Positions 57,355-64,000 of a DNA stretch of 64,000 bases are shown here, in pieces. Made by a program: the position numbers and the translations under genes. Within the stretch, counting starts at the first letter, position 1. Each line of letters begins with the position of its first letter. Under the pieces are notes generated by a model that saw nothing but the letters and a program-made list of their open reading frames with translations, made no database searches and was not told the DNA's origin. Source of the stretch: a bacterium (lineage in GTDB: Bacteria > UBP6 > UBA1177); the NCBI GenBank assembly GCA_022703485.1, contig JAKLDO010000001.1, forward strand, positions 5,834 to 69,833, written 5' to 3'.

Positions 57355-57554
57355 GCGTTCATTTAAAGTTGAAAAAGGAAGAGGTTGTTCTTCATTCATC
57401 GGTCAAAAAATCGCGGAAACGCATTCTAACAACACCAACACTGTGATTAACTTCAAATCAACCGCCGAAAGGCTTCTCGACTGAAGCTCCCAGGAGCAAC
57501 ACTTCCAACGCTTAAAATAAAAATGCCCCCGGTTCTGCCGGGGGCGTTTTTTTT
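57355..57554 (+). ncRNA. candidate ~200-nt small RNA (or leader for a 14-codon peptide); family unknown
   Basis: Promoter at 57329-57349 and terminator at 57525-57554, with no ORF of 60 aa or more between them. Internal hairpins at 57378-57393 (gaaga/tcttc), 57413-57422 (gcg-gaaa-cgc) and 57472-57487 (gcttc/gaagc). CA-rich unpaired tracts: aacaacaccaacac and caacacttccaac. The only coding option is TTG 57385..57429 (MFFIHRSKNRGNAF). Confidence 0.4.
57525..57554. terminator. strong rho-independent terminator (usable in both directions)
   Basis: GCCCCCGGttctgCCGGGGGC: a perfect 8-bp GC-rich stem (57525-32 pairs with 57538-45). It is followed by g plus T8 (57547-54) and preceded by aaaataaaaat. 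Confidence 0.7.
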
Positions 57555-57570
57555 AAGTTAATTTTTTTGA

Positions 57571-59154
57571 TTATTTGTCGTCAGTGCCGGGTTTCTTATT
57601 TGATTCATACCACTGGAAATTATCAAGAATGATCTCGGAATCAAGAATATGGTCCAGGGCATCCCAGATAGCGAACCTGAGGGTGATCTCTTCGCCTGGA
57701 ACGACATTCCCTCTTGTTATGAGCCAGCCTGTTCCGCCATTCTTGTCATCACCGTAAAGCCCTGTTCCGTCAAGTTCGCCAGGTCCGAGGGTGCAGAACT
57801 GTGAGTAGTTGTTCGTCGGATCGTATCCGCAGGCCAGCATTCCGCCGTTACAGCAGACACGGAAAAGCCCGGCCTTTGCAAGATTTATTCCAACCGGATT
57901 GTTGAACTCATCCCTTGCGAGGTTTTTATCCATGGGGTTCTGTAGATTTATATCACTTGAAGTAAATGTCGAGTCAAGCAGAGCGACAAAGAAATCGTTG
58001 TACTGGCACACATATTCCGGGAATTCCCTGCTGAAGAAATAAATGTCAACACTGAAAGAACCTGCGTTTTTGGGAACCTTTACTTTCACCTGAAGCATTA
58101 CAGGGTCATTAAGCGGTTCTTTGCCGGGGTCTCCGCCGGTCAGACCTCCGCAACCCGGGGAGCTGGGGAACTGATTTCCGTTAGCTGTATACCAGTCGAC
58201 CGGAGCGTTGGACCTTGTACACATGAACTCTGTGGACGTTCCGTCCTGTTTTGCTTCAGCTGCAGGTATCGGATCGTCTGCAATACCTGATGACATCATG
58301 AAGAAATTGCTTCCTTCGTGGGGTGCTATGACATTTCCGAACTTTGAAAGTATTGCATAGGAATCGGGGTTCGGAGGCGTTGCTGAACAGTCTATTGTAG
58401 TCGTGTTGCCCTGTGCATCCTGACCCTGTACCTGGAATGCCTGGCTTGTTGCCGTTCCGTCAGGGAAAAGCATTTCCGCACTTACAAGACCGTATCCTTT
58501 TGTTTCTGTCACAGGACATATTCCCATTGCCTTTGCCATATCCATCGGGTCTGTTGAATCTTCACTCAGACCTGAGTCGCAGGATTCCTTTTCATCAACA
58601 TTTCCGTCACAGTTGTCATCAACGCCGTTCTCGGGTATTTCGAATGAGGAAGGTCCCACTCTTTCAGGAATTGTGCATTCCCATGTTGTTTCACAGCAGT
58701 CGCCGTTGCAGTAGTTGAAGCCGTCACCGTCAATATCGATAACATTGGCATCGGTCGTGTCTTCCCCGTCACAGTTCTGATCGATCCCGTCTCCGCATAT
58801 CTCGGCTTCAGGAAGCACCTGTCCCACACACTCGCTCCAGTCGGTACCGTCAACGACACATGTAGCTATACCGGCCTGGCATATTCCTACATTTTTTGAT
58901 CCGCTCGGACCTTCAAAGCATTCTCTGGTCTCTCCCGGAGTGCATTCTACATACATTCCGCCTTCATCGATGTCTGGTTTTTCTGTATCATTTTCACTGC
59001 CTTCATCGTCTCCTGTCTGCTCTTTGTCCTGAGTAGTGTTTCCGTTATCGTTGACGGCATTTTCTGTATCTGTTCCGCCGTCATCGTTCACTGTGCAGGA
59101 AAGCATAAATATTCCGGCAGCAAGTAGTAAAAAAATAAAACCGATTTTTTTCAT
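57571..59154 (-). CDS. exported lipoprotein with D-x-D-C-D-G Cys-rich modules and a choice-of-anchor-L-like C-terminal domain
   Basis: Lipobox LLLAAGIFMLSC, followed by TVNDDGGTDTEN. Modules CGDGIDQNCDGEDTTD and GVDDNCDGNVDEKESCD. C-terminal FFSREFPEYVCQYNDFFVALLDS ... LRFAIWDALDHILDSEIILDNF resembles the FaSEEYpEy...NDvF...IaDvgDgilDS pattern. Confidence 0.5.
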   Translation of the reverse strand: MKKIGFIFLLLAAGIFMLSCTVNDDGGTDTENAVNDNGNTTQDKEQTGDDEGSENDTEKPDIDEGGMYVECTPGETRECFEGPSGSKNVGICQAGIATCVVDGTDWSECVGQVLPEAEICGDGIDQNCDGEDTTDANVIDIDGDGFNYCNGDCCETTWECTIPERVGPSSFEIPENGVDDNCDGNVDEKESCDSGLSEDSTDPMDMAKAMGICPVTETKGYGLVSAEMLFPDGTATSQAFQVQGQDAQGNTTTIDCSATPPNPDSYAILSKFGNVIAPHEGSNFFMMSSGIADDPIPAAEAKQDGTSTEFMCTRSNAPVDWYTANGNQFPSSPGCGGLTGGDPGKEPLNDPVMLQVKVKVPKNAGSFSVDIYFFSREFPEYVCQYNDFFVALLDSTFTSSDINLQNPMDKNLARDEFNNPVGINLAKAGLFRVCCNGGMLACGYDPTNNYSQFCTLGPGELDGTGLYGDDKNGGTGWLITRGNVVPGEEITLRFAIWDALDHILDSEIILDNFQWYESNKKPGTDDK

Positions 59155-59235
59155 GAGATCCCCCGAATTTAAAGCTGATTAACACACACTGCAATTAAGG
59201 ATTATATTTAGGGAAAAATAAATATCAAGCGGTGG

Positions 59236-61764
59236 TTATAATGTGAGTGAGCATCCTGATGAAGATCCTGATTTTCCTTCGTTCTCTTCGTCTGTTACAG
59301 GATCGTTCTCAAAATTTGCTTCGTCAGTTACTTCAGCATCAGTATCATCTTCGTCACCGGTCTCTTCTTCAACATCTGCGGTTGCGACAGAAATACTGCT
59401 GATAGTGCCTGCTGATGAAGCGGTGTTTATGAACTGGAAATAATAGCGCTGCCCTTTTTCAATACCGTAAAGCCCCCATGTTTTAATTGAACCGGTACCT
59501 TCAGCTTTTGCATCTCCGTCCATGAGAACCGTTGTTTTAAGGGATTCTTCGTCAAGAACATATTCAACAGGAGCGCCTTTTCTGTAATATACATCTAGTG
59601 CCGGAGTTCCTGTTCCGCCACCGATAAGAGATCCGCCGCTGCTTGCGGCAACGGTTGCAGTTACTTTCAGACCGTTCTTGTCTGAATCTGCAGGAACATC
59701 GTAGTAGAACTGGAGATAGCTCGGAGCAACATTGATCTCTTCACCGTTAACAGTGATGGTTATGCCGCTTCCGCCGCCTGTGATCCCGCCAGTCGGATCT
59801 TCTTCGCCTTCTGCAGCAGCAGCACCGGCGATATAGGAGATTTTAATTTTCTCGTTGGCTGAGCGGGCTCTCTTTTCTTCAAAGAAATTCCTGTCCGTGA
59901 GTATTTTTTCTATCTCGGTCTTCTTTGCCTTGAAATTATCATCTTTTCCTACTTCGTCCATGAATGTATCGGCCCAGAGTTTGAAAGATGCATCGCCATC
60001 GCCGATAGCATAAAGAGTTTTAAGTATGATTTTCATGAGGTTGTCGCGATGAACCTGAGTATCGGTATCACTTCCCTTGATGAGGTTGTAAATTTCCCAG
60101 TTAGCGCCGAGAAGCGGCTGTCCGTCCCAGTGAACTTCAGCGATGAAATCTTCAAAGACTTTGTATTCGTTCAGAGCGGTTCTCATACAGTAGAAGTCAC
60201 CCTCTTTGTCCATTTCGACAGTTCCGTCCTGGGAAGCCGCCCATTTTATTATTGCTTCGGAAGCGTATTCACCGGTGCAGGAATTGTCTGTCATGATAAA
60301 AGCAAAAGTGTCTGCGATTCCTTCATGAACAGAGCCGGGCTCGTTTGACATACCGTATTTATCAGTAAATTCCATACCTGCAATACCTGCCGTGTAGACT
60401 GTTGCGTGACCGAACTCGTGATATACGACATCGCCGTCATACCCGAAATCTCCCTTTGTCCCCTGTCCGAATATCAGCAGGTCGCCTTTAACACCGAACT
60501 GTGCAAGAAGATCTCCCATCATGGGATTATCTTGCGAGAACATAGCATTGTCCATCGGAACAAGTGTCATTGATCCGTTCATGATGGCTTCCATGCTGAG
60601 CTCGGGCGTTGTAAAATTACCGATGACATTAAGAGGCCTTGTTTCATCGTTATTCTGAAGATAGAACTCTCCTTCCGCAGCGACATCTTTGTAGAGTCCT
60701 CTGATGTATTTGTATATCTTTGAAGCGTGATAATACATTGAAATTTCAGCGCATCTGTCTATTTTTTCTTCTGTCATGCTGGCTTCTACGAACTCATGTC
60801 CCTCTTCACAGTCATCATAAATGAAGCTTCCGTTATAAACTTTGTTGGCAAGCTGTGTCGGACTGCACATCGGAACTGAGATCGGGTATCCTGTCATTTC
60901 CTCAAGACTGACCTTTTCATCCTTATCGGGGCAGTTGAAAGCCTTTATCTTTCTGATACCGTTTTTGTCGATATCTGTTGTAAGAAAACCCTGTTCTTCA
61001 GCTGTGAACCCTGCGTCATCAACTGGAGCGACCCACGGAAGCTCAACATCTGAAAGTTCGGGGGTCACAAGAGGATTGAACTCCCATATTTTAGCCATGT
61101 CTGTCGGTGTTCCTGTAACTGTGTCCTCATCGGGTGTCTCTGTGTCTGCATCGGCAAAATATGTGGAGTTGCCTGATTTTATTACTTTTCCGGTAAGTGC
61201 ATTTATGATATGGAACCTGCTGTCAGCAAGACTTACAGGTGTAAATCTGATTTTATACGCAGGAACAAAAGCTCCCATGTGTCTTACGATCATCTTTTCA
61301 GCGCTGTATTTCTTCGGCATTTTTTTGATATTTCTGATATCCATGGCCGATTTCACAGCTTCTTTTTCAGAGATCATCTTTGTGATGTCAATGTTAATCT
61401 TTCCGAGACTGTTGTTGATCCTGTCGATCTTTCCGTTTCTTACAGTAAGAACAGTGTAAATTCCGTCAACGCGGATGCCTTTGTAGAAAGGAACGAACTT
61501 ATAGATCTTAGTTCCGTCGATGTCCACCGCTTTGAAAAGTTTCGGTTCAACATCTTTTCCGATGGCGAAATTCTTGTAGAAAGCTTCTTTAACGAACTTT
61601 GTCAGTGTCAGTTCATCTGCCTTGACCGGAATGCTTATCCCGGTGATCATGACAGGGTGACTGGAAGAAGCGGAGACTGCTGCTTTTGAGAACATGCCTG
61701 TCCCTGAAGCGGACAGAGCCGCAGTCATAAGCAGTACTGCTAAAATAGTTGAAAAACTCTTCAT
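59236..61764 (-). CDS. secreted zinc metalloprotease, gluzincin of M36 (fungalysin)/M4 type, with FTP/PepSY-like propeptide
   Basis: Start moved to ATG 61764 (SD GGAGG, 5-nt spacer), signal MKSFSTILAVLLMTAALSASG. Propeptide-like FVPFYKGIRVDG...ADSRFHIINALTGKV. Zinc site VVYHEFGHAT with the third ligand 27 aa on, in SVHEGIADTF. The C-terminal beta domain has an acidic tail ending GKSGSSSGCSLTL. Confidence 0.7.
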   Translation of the reverse strand: MKSFSTILAVLLMTAALSASGTGMFSKAAVSASSSHPVMITGISIPVKADELTLTKFVKEAFYKNFAIGKDVEPKLFKAVDIDGTKIYKFVPFYKGIRVDGIYTVLTVRNGKIDRINNSLGKINIDITKMISEKEAVKSAMDIRNIKKMPKKYSAEKMIVRHMGAFVPAYKIRFTPVSLADSRFHIINALTGKVIKSGNSTYFADADTETPDEDTVTGTPTDMAKIWEFNPLVTPELSDVELPWVAPVDDAGFTAEEQGFLTTDIDKNGIRKIKAFNCPDKDEKVSLEEMTGYPISVPMCSPTQLANKVYNGSFIYDDCEEGHEFVEASMTEEKIDRCAEISMYYHASKIYKYIRGLYKDVAAEGEFYLQNNDETRPLNVIGNFTTPELSMEAIMNGSMTLVPMDNAMFSQDNPMMGDLLAQFGVKGDLLIFGQGTKGDFGYDGDVVYHEFGHATVYTAGIAGMEFTDKYGMSNEPGSVHEGIADTFAFIMTDNSCTGEYASEAIIKWAASQDGTVEMDKEGDFYCMRTALNEYKVFEDFIAEVHWDGQPLLGANWEIYNLIKGSDTDTQVHRDNLMKIILKTLYAIGDGDASFKLWADTFMDEVGKDDNFKAKKTEIEKILTDRNFFEEKRARSANEKIKISYIAGAAAAEGEEDPTGGITGGGSGITITVNGEEINVAPSYLQFYYDVPADSDKNGLKVTATVAASSGGSLIGGGTGTPALDVYYRKGAPVEYVLDEESLKTTVLMDGDAKAEGTGSIKTWGLYGIEKGQRYYFQFINTASSAGTISSISVATADVEEETGDEDDTDAEVTDEANFENDPVTDEENEGKSGSSSGCSLTL

Positions 61765-61821
61765 CAAAACCTCCATGTGTACATAATTATTGCGGTTGTG
61801 CCAAACACTAAAATCTTTCTG

Positions 61822-61849
61822 ATTATATTAGGATGAAATATGTTGTCAA
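61822..61849 (-). promoter_or_regulatory. consensus sigma70 promoter TTGACA-16-TATAAT for the metalloprotease gene
   Basis: The minus strand reads gTTGACAacatatttcatcctaaTATAATcag. The -35 is at 61849-61844 and the -10 at 61827-61822. Confidence 0.5.
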
Positions 61850-61877
61850 CAGCTAAAAAAAGCGGTTTTTCAAATTG

Positions 61878-61906
61878 TTGACAATACTTATATTTAAACT
61901 TAAAAT
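61878..61906 (+). promoter_or_regulatory. sigma70 promoter TTGACA-17-TAAAAT for the MCE gene
   Basis: ttgaca at 61878-83, 17-nt spacer, taaaat at 61901-06. The ATG is at 61934. It sits back to back with the metalloprotease promoter. Confidence 0.5.
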
Positions 61907-61933
61907 CGTTTCAATTGAGATTCAAGGGGTGAA

Positions 61934-62914
61934 ATGCAGATCACAAAAGCCCAGAAAAGAAGGGTTGCAATATTTTTCATCTTCGGAACGGTGATAGTTA
62001 TTCTGATAACAGCCCTCCTTGTCGGGAACAGACTTCTGAAGAGAGAGGACTGCTATTATACCAGATTTACTGACATTTCTGTTGCAGGACTGACCGAAGG
62101 TTCTTCTGTGAAATTTCAGGGAATGAACATAGGTCATGTTTCAGAGATATCAATAGACCCGGAAAACACGGCTGTTGTGCAGATAGGTTTCTGTCTCAAG
62201 CCCGGAGTACCCATAAAAGAGGGGACTGCCGCACAGCTCGGGAATATCGGCATCACCGGGCTTAAATTCCTTGAGCTTCAGGGCGGAGGAACAGGAAAGG
62301 ATATTCCTGTGGGAGGAGAGATTCCTTCGCAGAAGAGCGACTGGGATGAAATAACGGGAAAAGCTACGGTTATTGCACAGAAACTTGAGTCGATACTTAA
62401 CACAGTCAATCTTGCCATCAAAGGGGTAAAAAAAGAGGATGTCGAAGCTATCGCCAAGAATGTCAAAGGGATAACTGGGTCGGTGGATGTCATTTTAAGA
62501 GACAATAAGAACGACATAAAAAGCATAATATCAAGAGTTGACACCCTTTTGAAAGAGATAAATGGGAACATGGCAAACATAAATGCCATAACAACCAATG
62601 TAAAAGATATGACATCTCCGAAAGGATCAATATCACAGACCCTTGCTATTATTGAAGAAACTGTGAGAGAAGTTCAGAAAGACTACCGGGGAGCTGACAT
62701 TAAAGACAAGATTGATAAGATGTTCGTACTTGTCGAGAACACACAGAAGACCATTGAAACGGTGAATATAACGCTCGAAAGGAACAAAGAGCATATTGAC
62801 AGGACTTTTACCGAAATGTCTGACGGCATGAGCAATTTCAACGAGTTCACAAGGATAATCATGGAAAACCCGGCATCACTGTTCAGTTCAGGCCCGGAGG
62901 ATAAAGGAAAATGA
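61934..62914 (+). CDS. MCE/MlaD-family protein
   Basis: N-terminal TM helix VAIFFIFGTVIVILITALLV. MCE domain YYTRFTDISVAGLTEGSSVKFQGMNIGHVSEI...GITGLKFLELQGG. Long helical C-terminal region. Confidence 0.8.
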   Translation: MQITKAQKRRVAIFFIFGTVIVILITALLVGNRLLKREDCYYTRFTDISVAGLTEGSSVKFQGMNIGHVSEISIDPENTAVVQIGFCLKPGVPIKEGTAAQLGNIGITGLKFLELQGGGTGKDIPVGGEIPSQKSDWDEITGKATVIAQKLESILNTVNLAIKGVKKEDVEAIAKNVKGITGSVDVILRDNKNDIKSIISRVDTLLKEINGNMANINAITTNVKDMTSPKGSISQTLAIIEETVREVQKDYRGADIKDKIDKMFVLVENTQKTIETVNITLERNKEHIDRTFTEMSDGMSNFNEFTRIIMENPASLFSSGPEDKGK

Positions 62915-63513
62915 GAAACATACTTATCGTTTCATTGCTTCTGATGGTCATGATGATGTCCTCATGTTCGCTTTTTTCCTCTTCCGCTCCTGTCAAACAG
63001 TACTATCAGATCTATTACAAACCTGCAAAGACTGAAGGAAAGAAGATATCAGGAACTGTCAGAGTTAAGACATTCGATGTGGACAAGATCTACCGCAGGC
63101 ACAACATCGTCTACCGCAAATCCATGTATGAAATGTATTATTACAACACGCAGTTCTGGGCTTCAAAGCCTGGTGACATGATAACAGATGTATTTGCGAG
63201 ACACCTTGCGGAGACGGAGCTTTTTTCAGATGTCATACTTGAACTTGAAAGAAGGCCTGACTATGTTCTTACCGGCAGAGTGCTGGCCCTTGATGAAGTT
63301 CAGAGCGGAGAGAAGACATATGCAAGGGTCTCGATCGTTTTTGAGCTTAAGGATTATAAGACCGACCGTTCAATAATATCCCATTCCTTTGAAGAAAGAA
63401 AAGAGGTTGCAAAAAGAGAGACAGTCCAGGTTGTAAGGGCAATGGGTGAAATAATTGAAAAAGAGACGGACATTTTTTTCAACAAAGTATATGAAGCACT
63501 GAACATTGATTAA
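62911..63513 (+). CDS. ABC-transport auxiliary lipoprotein (PqiC/YmbA, DUF330-like)
   Basis: Lipobox MVMMMSSC. YYNTQFWASKPGDMITDVFARHL and LTGRVLALDE fit the family pattern. 4-nt overlap with the MCE gene. Confidence 0.6.
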   Translation: MRNILIVSLLLMVMMMSSCSLFSSSAPVKQYYQIYYKPAKTEGKKISGTVRVKTFDVDKIYRRHNIVYRKSMYEMYYYNTQFWASKPGDMITDVFARHLAETELFSDVILELERRPDYVLTGRVLALDEVQSGEKTYARVSIVFELKDYKTDRSIISHSFEERKEVAKRETVQVVRAMGEIIEKETDIFFNKVYEALNID

Positions 63514-64000
63514 AAAAGCTCTTGCAGCCTCAATCTTTTTTTTTTCATTTGCCGTCTACTCCCAGTCTGTTGACATCCGCGAAGTCACAGATAGAAAGAT
63601 ACTTGATCAGATAGAGCAGGACACGACTCTGACACCGATGGAGAAAGGTGTGCTTTTTGTTCCGGCACTTGTCGATCCGGATCTCGAACCGCACTATACG
63701 ATCTTTAAAGAAGATGAATATGTCATGGATGCAAAACCGGGAAAGAGGATTCCTCTTGATCCCGGGGAATATTACATTTATGTGGGATCGGGACCTCTTG
63801 ATGTACAGATGAAACTGTCCGTCCACATTGAGAACGAAAGGCTTTCTGTGGTTCTGCCGGTATGGTCCGCTCTGATAATAAAAACGATAGACCAGAACAA
63901 CAACGACATCAAGGAGTCGTATTCGATAGTTGATGAAAAGGACAAGGTCCAGATAGGAGCAGGCACAGGCGCGGACATCCTGAGAGGTGAAAAAGAGCAG
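63506..64000 (+). CDS. hypothetical secreted protein, partial (runs off the right edge)
   Basis: It has no stop in the window, so it is absent from the ORF track. The frame is open from TGA at 63500-02 to position 64000. TTG 63506 gives (M)IKKALAASIFFFSFAVYSQS, a signal peptide, then VDIREVTDRKILDQIEQD...GEYYIYVGSGPLDV.... Overlaps the previous stop. Confidence 0.45.
   Translation, partial: MIKKALAASIFFFSFAVYSQSVDIREVTDRKILDQIEQDTTLTPMEKGVLFVPALVDPDLEPHYTIFKEDEYVMDAKPGKRIPLDPGEYYIYVGSGPLDVQMKLSVHIENERLSVVLPVWSALIIKTIDQNNNDIKESYSIVDEKDKVQIGAGTGADILRGEKEQ

Noticed and set aside
57346-57444. 32-codon ORF (MCRVHLKLKKEEVV...) starting at the ATG inside the TATAATG at 57348.
   Set aside because: The ATG lies within the -10 element, upstream of the predicted transcription start, so it would not be on the transcript.
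57355-57554. Identity of the candidate RNA as 6S, SRP (4.5S), tmRNA, RNase P RNA or a riboswitch.
   Set aside because: The length and the absence of recognisable conserved cores argue against these. There is no SRP GGAA tetraloop helix-8 motif, no tRNA-like end and no P4 sequences. There is also no downstream gene for a riboswitch to control, because a terminator is followed by a convergent gene. A covariance-model search is still needed.

Overview
This is a dense bacterial chromosomal segment with about 60 protein genes and roughly 40 percent GC by eye. I saw no rRNA, tRNA, CRISPR array, transposase or integrase. Every call comes from reading the supplied translations and the DNA by eye; no database search or folding program was available. 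Family names rest on motif recognition and need HMM confirmation. The organism cannot be named. MglA, PilT, Myxococcus-type Cys-rich repeats and acidic post-lipobox tracts suggest a gliding or twitching, possibly FCB-group or deltaproteobacteria-like, uncultivated lineage.

Layout:
(i) 1-11.3 kb, minus strand. trmB (partial, missed by the ORF track), hpt, and a tightly overlapping chemosensory operon (cheA, cheW, a cheW-like gene, cheY, cheR, cheD, cheB). The operon has no receptor gene but carries two STAS proteins, an RsbW-type serine kinase and a REC-DUF4388-TPR protein.
(ii) 11.4-16 kb. Lipoproteins, a GAF protein, coaE and a HAD hydrolase.
(iii) 16-23.1 kb, minus strand. One near-gapless run: membrane protein, amgK-like, murU-like, hypothetical, recA, pilT, recX, RluA-family synthase, OmpR-type regulator.
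(iv) 23.2-43.9 kb, mostly plus strand. wecA-like, a frameshifted aspartokinase, lysA, an XRE regulator, mglA (minus strand), purB, mnmE-mnmG-rsmG, purE, tsaC and dnaA-dnaN-recF (the replication-origin neighbourhood), then sppA and cca.
(v) 43.9-47.7 kb. Na/Pi cotransporter, alpha/beta hydrolase and M24 peptidase.
(vi) 47.7-61.8 kb. An accessory-looking island made only of exported proteins: a membrane-anchored 706-aa protein, an AT-rich secreted protein, Cys-rich lipoproteins with GDTGNT repeats, an S8 protease, a PNGase F-like lipoprotein and an M36/M4-like metalloprotease.
(vii) 61.9-64 kb. MCE protein, auxiliary lipoprotein and a partial exported protein (also missed by the ORF track).

Best candidates for something new:
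- A roughly 200-nt non-coding unit at 57.33-57.55 kb, bounded by a perfect sigma54 -24/-12 promoter and a strong terminator.
- A short C-terminal tag (SSSGCS plus 3-4 hydrophobic residues) shared by both island proteases.
- The receptor-less Che operon with a built-in partner-switching module.
- pilT translationally coupled between recA and recX.
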